In this document: piece by piece, positions 41,901 through 57,900 of the stretch
Layout: each line of letters starts with the position of its first letter
Numbering within the stretch: the stretch's first letter is position 1
Origin: Eledone cirrhosa
Lineage: Eukaryota
Direction: 5' to 3'
Length of the DNA stretch: 64,000 nt
NCBI GenBank assembly: GCA_964016885.1
Contig: OZ024741.1
Location: 209,808,001-209,872,000, forward strand
Position numbers and translations under genes: made by a program
The notes under the pieces: model-generated
Database searches by the model: none
What the model was told of the DNA's origin: nothing
The model's input: only the letters and a program-made list of their open reading frames with translations

Positions 41901-43186
41901 AACTTAACTTAACCGCAACCTAACTTAACCCCAACTTAAATTAACCGCAACCTAACTTAACCCCAACTTAACTTAACCGCAACTTAACTTAACCCCAACC
42001 TAACTTAACCCCAACTTAACCGCAACTTAACTTAACCGCAACCTAACTTAACCCAAACTTAACTTAACCGCAACTTAACTTAACCGCAACTTAGCTTAAC
42101 ACCAACCCTTGGTGGGATCGATCTGTAATTACTGGTACATGTGCAGACATTCATTAGCTGTGTGTGGCCTGATTTTCAGAAAGATATCTCCGTAAAATAA
42201 CGAGTGGTGGCTGCGTAAAATAATGAATTACGCACGAAAATGAGAAAATTTCGATTCTCGATCGTGGGCCGGCCGGATGTCGGATCGATTCGTAAATACA
42301 AGGACAATGTGCGGACATTCCTTGGCTGTGTGCGGCATGATTTTCAGGACGATATCTCCGTAAAATCAAGAGTTGATAACCCCAACTTAACTTAACTCCA
42401 ACTTAACTTAACCGCAACTTAACTTAACCGCAACCTAACTTAACCCCAACTTAACTTAACCGCAACCTAACTTAACCCCAACTTAACTTAACCGCAACCT
42501 AACTTAACCCCAACTTAACTTAACTGCAACCTAACTTAACCCCAACTTAACTTAACCGCAACTTAACCCCAACCTAACTTAACCGCAACTTAACTTAACC
42601 GCAACCTAACTTAACCCCAACTTAACTTAACCGCAACTTAACTTAACCGCAACTTAGCTTAACCCCAACCCTTGGTGGGATCGATCTGTAATTACTGGTA
42701 CATGTGCAGACACTCATTGACTGTGTGTGGCCTGATTTTCAGAAAGATATCTCCGTAAAATAACGAGTGGTGGCTGCGTAAAATAATGAATTACGCACGG
42801 AAATGAGAAAATTTCGATTCTCGATCGTGGGCCGGCCGCATGTCGGATCGATTCGTAAATACAAGGATAATGTGCGGACACTCCTTGGCTGTGTGCGGCA
42901 TGATTTTCAGGACAATATCTCCGTAAAATCAAGAGTTGATAACCCCAACTTAACTTAATCCCAACTTAACTTAACCGCAACTTAACTTAACCGCAACCTA
43001 ACTTAACCCCAACTTAACTTAACCGCAACCTAACTTAACCCCAACTTAACTTAACCGCAACTTAACTTAACCCCAACCTAACTTAACCCCAACTTAACTT
43101 AACCGCAACTTAACTTAACCGCAACCTAACTTAACCCCAACTTAACTTAACCGCAACTTAACTTAACCGCAACTTAGCTTAACCCC
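38951..43186 (+). repeat. Higher-order repeat: 4-monomer unit (2118 bp) x2
   Basis: Offsets 38998/41116, 39518/41636, 40036/42154 and 40596/42714, with matching diagnostic variants (CTTCGCTGTGCG, ACATTCATTAG, CACGGAAA/CCGCATG). Confidence 0.92.
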
Positions 43187-45649
43187 AACCCTTGGTGGGA
43201 TCGATCTGTAATTACTGGTACATGTGCAGACACTCATTGGCTGTGTGTGGCCTGATTTTCAGAAAGATATCTCCGTAAAATAACGAGTGGTGGCTGCGTA
43301 AAATAATGAATTACGCACGAAAATGAGAAAATTTCGATTCTCGATCGTGGGCCGGCCGGATGTCGGATCGATTCGTAAATACAAGGATAATGTGCGGACA
43401 CTCCTTGGCTGTGTGCGGCAGGACGATATCTCCGTAAAATCAAGAGTTGATAACCCCAACTTAACTTAACCCCAACTTAACTTAACCGCAACTTAACTTA
43501 ACCGCAACCTAACTTAACACCAACTTAACTTAACCGCAACCTAACTTAACCCCAACTTAACTTAACCCCAACTTAACTTAACCCCAACCTAACTTAACCC
43601 CAACTTAACTTAACCGCAACTTAACTTAACCGCAACCTAACTTAACACCAACTTAACTTAACCGCAACTTAACTTAACCGCAACTTAGCTTAACCCCAAC
43701 CCTTGGTGGGATCGATCTGTAATTACTGGTACATGTGCAGACACTCATTGGCTGTGTGTGGCCTGATTTTCAGAAAGACATCTCCGTAAAATAACGAGTG
43801 GTGGCTGCGTAAAATAATGAATTACGCACGAAAATGAGAAAATTTCGATTCTTGATCGTTGGCCGGCCGGATGTCGGATCAATTCGTAAATACAAGGACA
43901 ATGTGCGGACATTCCTTGGCTGTGTGCGGCATGATTTTCAGGACGATATCTCCGTAAAATCAAGAGTTGATAACCCCAACTTATCTTAACTCCAACTTAA
44001 CTTAACCGCAACTTAACTTAACCGCAACCTAACTTAACCCCAACTTAACTTAACCGCAACCTAACTTAACCCCAACTTAACTTAACCGCAACTTAACTTA
44101 ACCGCAACCTAACTTAACCCCAACTTAACTTAACCGCAACTTAACTTAACCGCAACTTAGCTTAACACCAACCCTTGGTGGGATCGATCTGTAATTACTG
44201 GTACATGTGCAGACACTCATTGGCTGTGTGTGGCCTGATTTTCAGAAAGATATCTCCGTAAAATAACGAGTGGTGGCTTCGTAAAATAATGAATTACGCA
44301 CGAAAATGAGAAAATTTCGATTCTCGATCGTGGGCCGGCCGGATGTCGGATCGATTCGTAAATACAAGGATAATGTGCGGACACTCCTTGGCTGTGTGCG
44401 GCATGATTTTCAGGACGATATCTCCGTAAAATCAAGAGTTGATAACCCCAACTTAACTTAACCCCAACTTAACTTAACCGCAACTTAACTTAACCGCAAC
44501 CTAACTTAACCCCAACTTAACTTAACCGCAACCTAACTTAACCCCAACTTAACTTAACCGCAACTTAACTTAACCCCAACCTAACTTAACCCCAACTTAA
44601 CTTAACCGCAACTTAACTTAACCGCAACCTAACTTAACCCCAACTTAACTTAACCGCAACTTAACTTAACCGCAACTTAGCTTAACCCCAACCCTTGGTG
44701 GGATCGATCTGTAATTACTGGTACATGTGCAGACACTCATTGGCTGTGTGTGGCCTGATTTTCAGAAAGATATCTCCGTAAAATAACGAGTGGTGGCTGC
44801 GTAAATTAATGAATTACGCACGAAAATGAGAAAATTTCGATTCTCGATCGTGGGCCGGCCGGATGTCGGATCGATTCGTAAATACAAGGACAATGTGAGG
44901 ACATTCCTTGGCTGTGTGCGGCATGATTTTCAGGAGGATATCTCCGTAAAATCAAGAGTTGATAACCCCAACTTAACTTAACCCCAACTTAACTTAACCG
45001 CAACTTAACTTAACCGCAACCTAACTTAACCCCAACTTAACTTAACCCCAACTTAACTTAACCCCAACCTAACTTAAACCCAACTTAACTTAACCGCAAC
45101 TTAACTTAACCGCAACTTAGCTTAACCCCAACACTTGGTGGGATCGATCTGTAATTACTGGTACATGTGCAGACACTCATTGGCTGTGTGTGGCCTGATT
45201 TTCAGAAAGATATCTCCGTAAAATAACGAGTGGTGGCTGCGTAAAATAATGAATTACGCACGAAAATGAGAAAATTTCGATTCTCGATCGTGGGCCGGCC
45301 GGATGTCGGATCGATTCGTAAATACAAGGATAATGTGCGGACACTCCTTCGCTGTGCGTGGCATGATTTTCAGGACAATATCTCCGTAAAATCAAGAGTT
45401 GATAACCCCAACTTAACTTAACCCCAACTTAACTTAACCGCAACTTAACTTAACCGCAACCTAACTTAACCCCAACTTAAGTTAACCGCAACCTAACTTA
45501 AACCCAACTTAACTTAACCGCAACTTAACTTAACCCCAACCTAACTTAACCCCAACTTAACTTACCCGCAACTTAACTTAACCGTAACCTAACTTAACCC
45601 CAACTTAACTTAACCGCAACTTAACTTAACCGCAACTTAGCTTAACCCC

Positions 45650-48400
45650 AACCCTTGGTGGGATCGATCTGTAATTACTGGTACATGTGCAGACACTCAT
45701 TGGCTGTGTGTGGCCTGATTTTCAGAAAGATATCTCCGTAAAATAACGAGTGGTGGCTGCGTAAATTAATGAATTACGCACGAAAATGAGAAAATTTCGA
45801 TTCTCGATCGTGGGCCGGCCGGATGTCGGATCGATTCGTAAATACAAGGACAATGTGAGGACATTCCTTGGCTGTGTGCGGCATGATTTTCAGGAGGATA
45901 TCTCCGTAAAATCAAGAGTTGATAACCCCAACTTAACTTAACCCCAACTTAACTTAACCGCAACTTAACTTAACCGCAACCTAACTTAACCCCAACCTAA
46001 CTTAACCCCAACTTAACCGCAACTTAACTTAACCGCAACCTAACTTAACCCAAACTTAACTTAACCGCAACTTAACTTAACCGCAACTTAGCTTAACACC
46101 AACCCTTGGTGGGATCGATCTGTAATTACTGGTACATGTGCAGACATTCATTAGCTGTGTGTGGCCTGATTTTCAGAAAGATATCTCCGTAAAATAACGA
46201 GTGGTGGCTGCGTAAAATAATGAATTACGCACGAAAATGAGAAAATTTCGATTCTTGATCGTTGGCCGGCCGGATGTCGGATCAATTCGTAAATACAAGG
46301 ACAATGTGCGGACATTCCTTGGCTGTGTGCGGCATGATTTTCAGGACGATATCTCCGTAAAATCAAGAGTTGATAACCCCAACTTATCTTAACTCCAACT
46401 TAACTTAACCGCAACTTAACTTAACCGCAACCTAACTTAACCCCAACTTAACTTAACCGCAACCTAACTTAACCCCAACTTAACTTAACCGCAACTTAAC
46501 TTAACCGCAACCTAACTTAACCCCAACTTAACTTAACCGCAACTTAACTTAACCGCAACTTAGCTTAACACCAACCCTTGGTGGGATCGATCTGTAATTA
46601 CTGGTACATGTGCAGACACTCATTGGCTGTGTGTGGCCTGATTTTCAGAAAGATATCTCCGTAAAATAACGAGTGGTGGCTTCGTAAAATAATGAATTAC
46701 GCACGAAAATGAGAAAATTTCGATTCTCGATCGTGGGCCGGCCGGATGTCGGATCGATTCGTAAATACAAGGATAATGTGCGGACACTCCTTGGCTGTGT
46801 GCGGCATGATTTTCAGGACGATATCTCCGTAAAATCAAGAGTTGATAACCCCAACTTAACTTAACCCCAACTTAACTTAACCGCAACTTAACTTAACCGC
46901 AACCTAACTTAACCCCAACTTAAATTAACCGCAACCTAACTTAACCCCAACTTAACTTAACCGCAACTTAACTTAACCCCAACCTAACTTAACCCCAACT
47001 TAACTTACCCGCAACTTAACTTAACCGTAACCTAACTTAACCCCAACTTAACTTAACCGCAACTTAACTTAACCGCAACTTAGCTTAACCCCAACCCTTG
47101 GTGGGATCGATCTGTAATTACTGGTACATGTGCAGACACTCATTGGCTGTGTGTGGCCTGATTTTCAGAAAGATATCTCCGTAAAATAACGAGTGGTGGC
47201 TGCGTAAATTAATGAATTACGCACGAAAATGAGAAAATTTCGATTCTCGATCGTGGGCCGGCCGGATGTCGGATCGATTCGTAAATACAAGGACAATGTG
47301 AGGACATTCCTTGGCTGTGTGCGGCATGATTTTCAGGAGGATATCTCCGTAAAATCAAGAGTTGATAACCCCAACTTAACTTAACCCCAACTTAACTTAA
47401 CCGCAACTTAACTTAACCGCAACCTAACTTAACCCCAACCTAACTTAACCCCAACTTAACCGCAACTTAACTTAACCGCAACCTAACTTAACCCAAACTT
47501 AACTTAACCGCAACTTAACTTAACCGCAACTTAGCTTAACACCAACCCTTGGTGGGATCGATCTGTAATTACTGGTACATGTGCAGACATTCATTAGCTG
47601 TGTGTGGCCTGATTTTCAGAAAGATATCTCCGTAAAATAACGAGTGGTGGCTGCGTAAAATAATGAATTACGCACGAAAATGAGAAAATTTCGATTCTTG
47701 ATCGTTGGCCGGCCGGATGTCGGATCAATTCGTAAATACAAGGACAATGTGCGGACATTCCTTGGCTGTGTGCGGCATGATTTTCAGGACGATATCTCCG
47801 TAAAATCAAGAGTTGATAACCCCAACTTATCTTAACTCCAACTTAACTTAACCGCAACTTAACTTAACCGCAACCTAACTTAACCCCAACTTAACTTAAC
47901 CGCAACCTAACTTAACCCCAACTTAACTTAACCGCAACTTAACTTAACCGCAACCTAACTTAACCCCAACTTAACTTAACCGCAACTTAACTTAACCGCA
48001 ACTTAGCTTAACACCAACCCTTGGTGGGATCGATCTGTAATTACTGGTACATGTGCAGACACTCATTGGCTGTGTGTGGCCTGATTTTCAGAAAGATATC
48101 TCCGTAAAATAACGAGTGGTGGCTTCGTAAAATAATGAATTACGCACGAAAATGAGAAAATTTCGATTCTCGATCGTGGGCCGGCCGGATGTCGGATCGA
48201 TTCGTAAATACAAGGATAATGTGCGGACACTCCTTGGCTGTGTGCGGCATGATTTTCAGGACGATATCTCCGTAAAATCAAGAGTTGATAACCCCAACTT
48301 AACTTAACCCCAACTTAACTTAACCGCAACTTAACTTAACCGCAACCTAACTTAACCCCAACTTAAATTAACCGCAACCTAACTTAACCCCAACTTAACT
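45650..48400 (+). repeat. Higher-order repeat: 3-monomer unit (1443 bp) x2
   Basis: Offsets 46151/47594 and 46620/48063; TAAATTAA cores at ~45650 and ~47093. Confidence 0.85.
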
Positions 48401-51400
48401 TAACCGCAACTTAACTTAACCCCAACCTAACTTAACCCCAACTTAACTTAACCGCAACTTAACTTAACCGCAACCTAACTTAACCCCAACTTAACTTAAC
48501 CGCAACTTAACTTAACCGCAACTTAGCTTAACCCCAACCCTTGGTGGGATCGATCTGTAATTACTGGTACATGTGCAGACACTCATTGGCTGTGTGTGGC
48601 CTGATTTTCAGAAAGATATCTCCGTAAAATAACGAGTGGTGGCTGCGTAAATTAATGAATTACGCACGAAAATGAGAAAATTTCGATTCTCGATCGTGGG
48701 CCGGCCGGATGTCGGATCGATTCGTAAATACAAGGACAATGTGAGGACATTCCTTGGCTGTGTGCGGCATGATTTTCAGGAGGATATCTCCGTAAAATCA
48801 AGAGTTGATAACCCCAACTTAACTTAACCCCAACTTAACTTAACCGCAACTTAACTTAACCGCAACCTAACTTAACCCCAACTTAACTTAACCCCAACTT
48901 AACTTAACCCCAACCTAACTTAACCCCAACTTAACTTAACCGCAACTTAACTTAACCGCAACTTAGCTTAACCCCAACACTTGGTGGGATCGATCTGTAA
49001 TTACTGGTACATGTGCAGACACTCATTGGCTGTGTGTGGCCTGATTTTCAGAAAGATATCTCCGTAAAATAACGAGTGGTGGCTGCGTAAAATAATGAAT
49101 TACGCACGAAAATGAGAAAATTTCGATTCTCGATCGTGGGCCGGCCGGATGTCGGATCGATTCGTAAATACAAGGATAATGTGCGGACACTCCTTCGCTG
49201 TGCGTGGCATGATTTTCAGGACAATATCTCCGTAAAATCAAGAGTTGATAACCCCAACTTAACTTAACCCCAACTTAACTTAACCGCAACTTAACTTAAC
49301 CGCAACCTAACTTAACCCCAACTTAAGTTAACCGCAACCTAACTTAAACCCAACTTAACTTAACCGCAACTTAACTTAACCCCAACCTAACTTAACCCCA
49401 ACTTAACTTACCCGCAACTTAACTTAACCGTAACCTAACTTAACCCCAACTTAACTTAACCGCAACTTAACTTAACCGCAACTTAGCTTAACCCCAACCC
49501 TTGGTGGGATCGATCTGTAATTACTGGTACATGTGCAGACACTCATTGGCTGTGTGTGGCCTGATTTTCAGAAAGATATCTCCGTAAAATAACGAGTGGT
49601 GGCTGCGTAAAATAATGAATTACGCACGAAAATGAGAAAATTTCGATTCTCGATCGTGGGCCGGCCGGATGTCGGATCGATTCGTAAATACAAGGATAAT
49701 GTGCGGACACTCCTTGGCTGTGTGTGGCATGATTTTCAGGACGATATCTCCGTAAAATCAAGAGTTGATAACCCCAACTTAACTTAACCCCAACTTAACT
49801 TAACCGCAACTTAACTTAACCGCAACCTAACTTAACCCCAACTTAAATTAACCGCAACCTAACTTAACCCCAACTTAACTTAACCGCAACTTAACTTAAC
49901 CCCAACCTAACTTAACCCCAACTTAACCGCAACTTAACTTAACCGCAACCTAACTTAACCCAAACTTAACTTAACCGCAACTTAACTTAACCGCAACTTA
50001 GCTTAACACCAACCCTTGGTGGGATCGATCTGTAATTACTGGTACATGTGCAGACATTCATTAGCTGTGTGTGGCCTGATTTTCAGAAAGATATCTCCGT
50101 AAAATAACGAGTGGTGGCTGCGTAAAATAATGAATTACGCACGAAAATGAGAAAATTTCGATTCTCGATCGTGGGCCGGCCGGATGTCGGATCGATTCGT
50201 AAATACAAGGACAATGTGCGGACATTCCTTGGCTGTGTGCGGCATGATTTTCAGGACGATATCTCCGTAAAATCAAGAGTTGATAACCCCAACTTAACTT
50301 AACTCCAACTTAACTTAACCGCAACTTAACTTAACCGCAACCTAACTTAACCCCAACTTAACTTAACCGCAACCTAACTTAACCCCAACTTAACTTAACC
50401 GCAACTTAACTTAACCCCAACCTAACTTAACCCCAACTTAACTTAACCGCAACTTAACTTAACCGCAACCTAACTTAACCCCAACTTAACTTAACCGCAA
50501 CTTAACTTAACCGCAACTTAGCTTAACCCCAACCCTTGGTGGGATCGATCTGTAATTACTGGTACATGTGCAGACACTCATTGGCTGTGTGTGGCCTGAT
50601 TTTCAGAAAGATATCTCCGTAAAATAACGAGTGGTGGCTGCGTAAAATAATGAATTACGCACGAAAATGAGAAAATTTCGATTCTCGATCGTGGGCCGGC
50701 CGGATGTCGGATCGATTCGTAAATACAAGGATAATGTGCGGACACTCCTTGGCTGTGTGCGGCATGATTTTCAGGACGATATCTCCGTAAAATCAAGAGT
50801 TGATAACCCCAACTTAACTTAACCCCAACTTAACTTAACCGCAACTTAACTTAACCGCAACCTAACTTAACCCCAACTTAAATTAACCGCAACCTAACTT
50901 AACCCCAACTTAACTTAACCGCAACTTAACTTAACCCCAACCTAACTTAACCCCAACTTAACTTAACCGCAACTTAACTTAACCGCAACCTAACTTAACC
51001 CCAACTTAACTTAACCGCAACTTAACTTAACCGCAACTTAGCTTAACCCCAACCCTTGGTGGGATCGATCTGTAATTACTGGTACATGTGCAGACACTCA
51101 TTGGCTGTGTGTGGCCTGATTTTCAGAAAGATATCTCCGTAAAATAACGAGTGGTGGCTGCGTAAATTAATGAATTACGCACGAAAATGAGAAAATTTCG
51201 ATTCTCGATCGTGGGCCGGCCGGATGTCGGATCGATTCGTAAATACAAGGACAATGTGAGGACATTCCTTGGCTGTGTGCGGCATGATTTTCAGGAGGAT
51301 ATCTCCGTAAAATCAAGAGTTGATAACCCCAACTTAACTTAACCCCAACTTAACTTAACCGCAACTTAACTTAACCGCAACCTAACTTAACCCCAACTTA

Positions 51401-53045
51401 ACTTAACCCCAACTTAACTTAACCCCAACCTAACTTAACCCCAACTTAACTTAACCGCAACTTAACTTAACCGCAACTTAGCTTAACCCCAACACTTGGT
51501 GGGATCGATCTGTAATTACTGGTACATGTGCAGACACTCATTGGCTGTGTGTGGCCTGATTTTCAGAAAGATATCTCCGTAAAATAACGAGTGGTGGCTG
51601 CGTAAAATAATGAATTACGCACGAAAATGAGAAAATTTCGATTCTCGATCGTGGGCCGGCCGGATGTCGGATCGATTCGTAAATACAAGGATAATGTGCG
51701 GACACTCCTTCGCTGTGCGTGGCATGATTTTCAGGACAATATCTCCGTAAAATCAAGAGTTGATAACCCCAACTTAACTTAACCCCAACTTAACTTAACC
51801 GCAACTTAACTTAACCGCAACCTAACTTAACCCCAACTTAAGTTAACCGCAACCTAACTTAAACCCAACTTAACTTAACCGCAACTTAACTTAACCCCAA
51901 CCTAACTTAACCCCAACTTAACTTACCCGCAACTTAACTTAACCGTAACCTAACTTAACCCCAACTTAACTTAACCGCAACTTAACTTAACCGCAACTTA
52001 GCTTAACCCCAACCCTTGGTGGGATCGATCTGTAATTACTGGTACATGTGCAGACACTCATTGGCTGTGTGTGGCCTGATTTTCAGAAAGATATCTCCGT
52101 AAAATAACGAGTGGTGGCTGCGTAAAATAATGAATTACGCACGAAAATGAGAAAATTTCGATTCTCGATCGTGGGCCGGCCGGATGTCGGATCGATTCGT
52201 AAATACAAGGATAATGTGCGGACACTCCTTGGCTGTGTGTGGCATGATTTTCAGGACGATATCTCCGTAAAATCAAGAGTTGATAACCCCAACTTAACTT
52301 AACCCCAACTTAACTTAACCGCAACTTAACTTAACCGCAACCTAACTTAACCCCAACTTAAATTAACCGCAACCTAACTTAACCCCAACTTAACTTAACC
52401 GCAACTTAACTTAACCCCAACCTAACTTAACCCCAACTTAACCGCAACTTAACTTAACCGCAACCTAACTTAACCCAAACTTAACTTAACCGCAACTTAA
52501 CTTAACCGCAACTTAGCTTAACACCAACCCTTGGTGGGATCGATCTGTAATTACTGGTACATGTGCAGACATTCATTAGCTGTGTGTGGCCTGATTTTCA
52601 GAAAGATATCTCCGTAAAATAACGAGTGGTGGCTGCGTAAAATAATGAATTACGCACGAAAATGAGAAAATTTCGATTCTCGATCGTGGGCCGGCCGGAT
52701 GTCGGATCGATTCGTAAATACAAGGACAATGTGCGGACATTCCTTGGCTGTGTGCGGCATGATTTTCAGGACGATATCTCCGTAAAATCAAGAGTTGATA
52801 ACCCCAACTTAACTTAACTCCAACTTAACTTAACCGCAACTTAACTTAACCGCAACCTAACTTAACCCCAACTTAACTTAACCGCAACCTAACTTAACCC
52901 CAACTTAACTTAACCGCAACTTAACTTAACCCCAACCTAACTTAACCCCAACTTAACTTAACCGCAACTTAACTTAACCGCAACCTAACTTAACCCCAAC
53001 TTAACTTAACCGCAACTTAACTTAACCGCAACTTAGCTTAACCCC
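48016..53045 (+). repeat. Higher-order repeat: 5-monomer unit (2515 bp) x2
   Basis: Offsets 49023/51538, 49543/52058 and 50061/52576. The first monomers differ only by the GGCTTCG variant. Confidence 0.88.
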
Positions 53046-54981
53046 AACCCTTGGTGGGATCGATCTGTAATTACTGGTACATGTGCAGACACTCATTGGC
53101 TGTGTGTGGCCTGATTTTCAGAAAGATATCTCCGTAAAATAACGAGTGGTGGCTGCGTAAAATAATGAATTACGCACGAAAATGAGAAAATTTCGATTCT
53201 CGATCGTGGGCCGGCCGGATGTCGGATCGATTCGTAAATACAAGGATAATGTGCGGACACTCCTTGGCTGTGTGCGGCAGGACGATATCTCCGTAAAATC
53301 AAGAGTTGATAACCCCAACTTAACTTAACCCCAACTTAACTTAACCGCAACTTAACTTAACCGCAACCTAACTTAACACCAACTTAACTTAACCGCAACC
53401 TAACTTAACCCCAACTTAACTTAACCCCAACTTAACTTAACCCCAACCTAACTTAACCCCAACTTAACTTAACCGCAACTTAACTTAACCGCAACCTAAC
53501 TTAACACCAACTTAACTTAACCGCAACTTAACTTAACCGCAACTTAGCTTAACCCCAACCCTTGGTGGGATCGATCTGTAATTACTGGTACATGTGCAGA
53601 CACTCATTGGCTGTGTGTGGCCTGATTTTCAGAAAGACATCTCCGTAAAATAACGAGTGGTGGCTGCGTAAAATAATGAATTACGCACGAAAATGAGAAA
53701 ATTTCGATTCTTGATCGTTGGCCGGCCGGATGTCGGATCAATTCGTAAATACAAGGACAATGTGCGGACATTCCTTGGCTGTGTGCGGCATGATTTTCAG
53801 GACGATATCTCCGTAAAATCAAGAGTTGATAACCCCAACTTATCTTAACTCCAACTTAACTTAACCGCAACTTAACTTAACCGCAACCTAACTTAACCCC
53901 AACTTAACTTAACCGCAACCTAACTTAACCCCAACTTAACTTAACCGCAACTTAACTTAACCGCAACCTAACTTAACCCCAACTTAACTTAACCGCAACT
54001 TAACTTAACCGCAACTTAGCTTAACACCAACCCTTGGTGGGATCGATCTGTAATTACTGGTACATGTGCAGACACTCATTGGCTGTGTGTGGCCTGATTT
54101 TCAGAAAGATATCTAACGAGTGGTGGCTGCGTAAAATAATGAATTACGCACGAAAATGAGAAAATTTCGATTCTCGATCGTGGGCCGGCCGGATGTCGGA
54201 TCGATTCGTAAATACAAGGATAATGTGCGGACACTCCTTGGCTGTGTGCGGCAGGACGATATCTCCGTAAAATCAAGAGTTGATAACCCCAACTTAACTT
54301 AACCCCAACTTAACTTAACCGCAACTTAACTTAACCGCAACCTAACTTAACCCCAACTTAAGTTAACCGCAACCTAACTTAAACCCAACTTAACTTAACC
54401 GCAACTTAACTTAACCCCAACCTAACTTAACCCCAACTTAACTTACCCGCAACTTAACTTAACCGTAACCTAACTTAACCCCAACTTAACTTAACCGCAA
54501 CTTAACTTAACCGCAACTTAGCTTAACCCCAACCCTTGGTGGGATCGATCTGTAATTACTGGTACATGTGCAGACACTCATTGGCTGTGTGTGGCCTGAT
54601 TTTCAGAAAGATATCTCCGTAAAATAACGAGTGGTGGCTGCGTAAATTAATGAATTACGCACGAAAATGAGAAAATTTCGATTCTCGATCGTGGGCCGGC
54701 CGGATGTCGGATCGATTCGTAAATACAAGGACAATGTGAGGACATTCCTTGGCTGTGTGCGGCATGATTTTCAGGAGGATATCTCCGTAAAATCAAGAGT
54801 TGATAACCCCAACTTAACTTAACCCCAACTTAACTTAACCGCAACTTAACTTAACCGCAACCTAACTTAACCCCAACCTAACTTAACCCCAACTTAACCG
54901 CAACTTAACTTAACCGCAACCTAACTTAACCCAAACTTAACTTAACCGCAACTTAACTTAACCGCAACTTAGCTTAACACC

Positions 54982-57900
54982 AACCCTTGGTGGGATCGAT
55001 CTGTAATTACTGGTACATGTGCAGACATTCATTAGCTGTGCGTGGCCTGATTTTCAGAAAGATATCTCCGTAAAATAACGAGTGGTGGCTGCGTAAAATA
55101 ATGAATTACGCACGAAAATGAGAAAATTTCGATTCTTGATCGTTGGCCGGCCGGATGTCGGATCAATTCGTAAATACAAGGACAATGTGCGGACATTCCT
55201 TGGCTGTGTGCGGCATGATTTTCAGGACGATATCTCCGTAAAATCAAGAGTTGATAACCCCAACTTATCTTAACTCCAACTTAACTTAACCGCAACTTAA
55301 CTTAACCGCAACCTAACTTAACCCCAACTTAACTTAACCGCAACCTAACTTAACCCCAACTTAACTTAACCGCAACTTAACTTAACCGCAACCTAACTTA
55401 ACCCCAACTTAACTTAACCGCAACTTAACTTAACCGCAACTTAGCTTAACACCAACCCTTGGTGGGATCGATCTGTAATTACTGGTACATGTGCAGACAC
55501 TCATTGGCTGTGTGTGGCCTGATTTTCAGAAAGATATCTCCGTAAAATAACGAGTGGTGGCTTCGTAAAATAATGAATTACGCACGAAAATGAGAAAATT
55601 TCGATTCTCGATCGTGGGCCGGCCGGATGTCGGATCGATTCGTAAATACAAGGATAATGTGCGGACACTCCTTGGCTGTGTGCGGCATGATTTTCAGGAC
55701 GATATCTCCGTAAAATCAAGAGTTGATAACCCCAACTTAACTTAACCCCAACTTAACTTAACCGCAACTTAACTTAACCGCAACCTAACTTAACCCCAAC
55801 TTAAATTAACCGCAACCTAACTTAACCCCAACTTAACTTAACCGCAACTTAACTTAACCCCAACCTAACTTAACCCCAACTTAACTTAACCGCAACTTAA
55901 CTTAACCGCAACCTAACTTAACCCCAACTTAACTTAACCGCAACTTAACTTAACCGCAACTTAGCTTAACCCCAACCCTTGGTGGGATCGATCTGTAATT
56001 ACTGGTACATGTGCAGACACTCATTGGCTGTGTGTGGCCTGATTTTCAGAAAGATATCTCCGTAAAATAACGAGTGGTGGCTGCGTAAATTAATGAATTA
56101 CGCACGAAAATGAGAAAATTTCGATTCTCGATCGTGGGCCGGCCGGATGTCGGATCGATTCGTAAATACAAGGACAATGTGAGGACATTCCTTGGCTGTG
56201 TGCGGCATGATTTTCAGGAGGATATCTCCGTAAAATCAAGAGTTGATAACCCCAACTTAACTTAACCCCAACTTAACTTAACCGCAACTTAACTTAACCG
56301 CAACCTAACTTAACCCCAACTTAACTTAACCCCAACTTAACTTAACCCCAACCTAACTTAACCCCAACTTAACTTAACCGCAACTTAACTTAACCGCAAC
56401 TTAGCTTAACCCCAACACTTGGTGGGATCGATCTGTAATTACTGGTACATGTGCAGACACTCATTGGCTGTGTGTGGCCTGATTTTCAGAAAGATATCTC
56501 CGTAAAATAACGAGTGGTGGCTGCGTAAAATAATGAATTACGCACGAAAATGAGAAAATTTCGATTCTCGATCGTGGGCCGGCCGGATGTCGGATCGATT
56601 CGTAAATACAAGGATAATGTGCGGACACTCCTTCGCTGTGCGTGGCATGATTTTCAGGACAATATCTCCGTAAAATCAAGAGTTGATAACCCCAACTTAA
56701 CTTAACCCCAACTTAACTTAACCGCAACTTAACTTAACCGCAACCTAACTTAACCCCAACTTAAGTTAACCGCAACCTAACTTAAACCCAACTTAACTTA
56801 ACCGCAACTTAACTTAACCCCAACCTAACTTAACCCCAACTTAACTTACCCGCAACTTAACTTAACCGTAACCTAACTTAACCCCAACTTAACTTAACCG
56901 CAACTTAACTTAACCGCAACTTAGCTTAACCCCAACCCTTGGTGGGATCGATCTGTAATTACTGGTACATGTGCAGACACTCATTGGCTGTGTGTGGCCT
57001 GATTTTCAGAAAGATATCTCCGTAAAATAACGAGTGGTGGCTGCGTAAAATAATGAATTACGCACGAAAATGAGAAAATTTCGATTCTCGATCGTGGGCC
57101 GGCCGGATGTCGGATCGATTCGTAAATACAAGGATAATGTGCGGACACTCCTTGGCTGTGTGTGGCATGATTTTCAGGACGATATCTCCGTAAAATCAAG
57201 AGTTGATAACCCCAACTTAACTTAACCCCAACTTAACTTAACCGCAACTTAACTTAACCGCAACCTAACTTAACCCCAACTTAAATTAACCGCAACCTAA
57301 CTTAACCCCAACTTAACTTAACCGCAACTTAACTTAACCCCAACCTAACTTAACCCCAACTTAACCGCAACTTAACTTAACCGCAACCTAACTTAACCCA
57401 AACTTAACTTAACCGCAACTTAACTTAACCGCAACTTAGCTTAACACCAACCCTTGGTGGGATCGATCTGTAATTACTGGTACATGTGCAGACATTCATT
57501 AGCTGTGTGTGGCCTGATTTTCAGAAAGATATCTCCGTAAAATAACGAGTGGTGGCTGCGTAAAATAATGAATTACGCACGAAAATGAGAAAATTTCGAT
57601 TCTCGATCGTGGGCCGGCCGGATGTCGGATCGATTCGTAAATACAAGGACAATGTGCGGACATTCCTTGGCTGTGTGCGGCATGATTTTCAGGACGATAT
57701 CTCCGTAAAATCAAGAGTTGATAACCCCAACTTAACTTAACTCCAACTTAACTTAACCGCAACTTAACTTAACCGCAACCTAACTTAACCCCAACTTAAC
57801 TTAACCGCAACCTAACTTAACCCCAACTTAACTTAACCGCAACCTAACTTAACCCCAACTTAACTTAACTGCAACCTAACTTAACCCCAACTTAACTTAA

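Noticed and set aside
43234-54276. In-frame 9-bp deletions as evidence of coding selection
   Set aside because: There are only two independent events, against three frameshifting indels and several stop variants.
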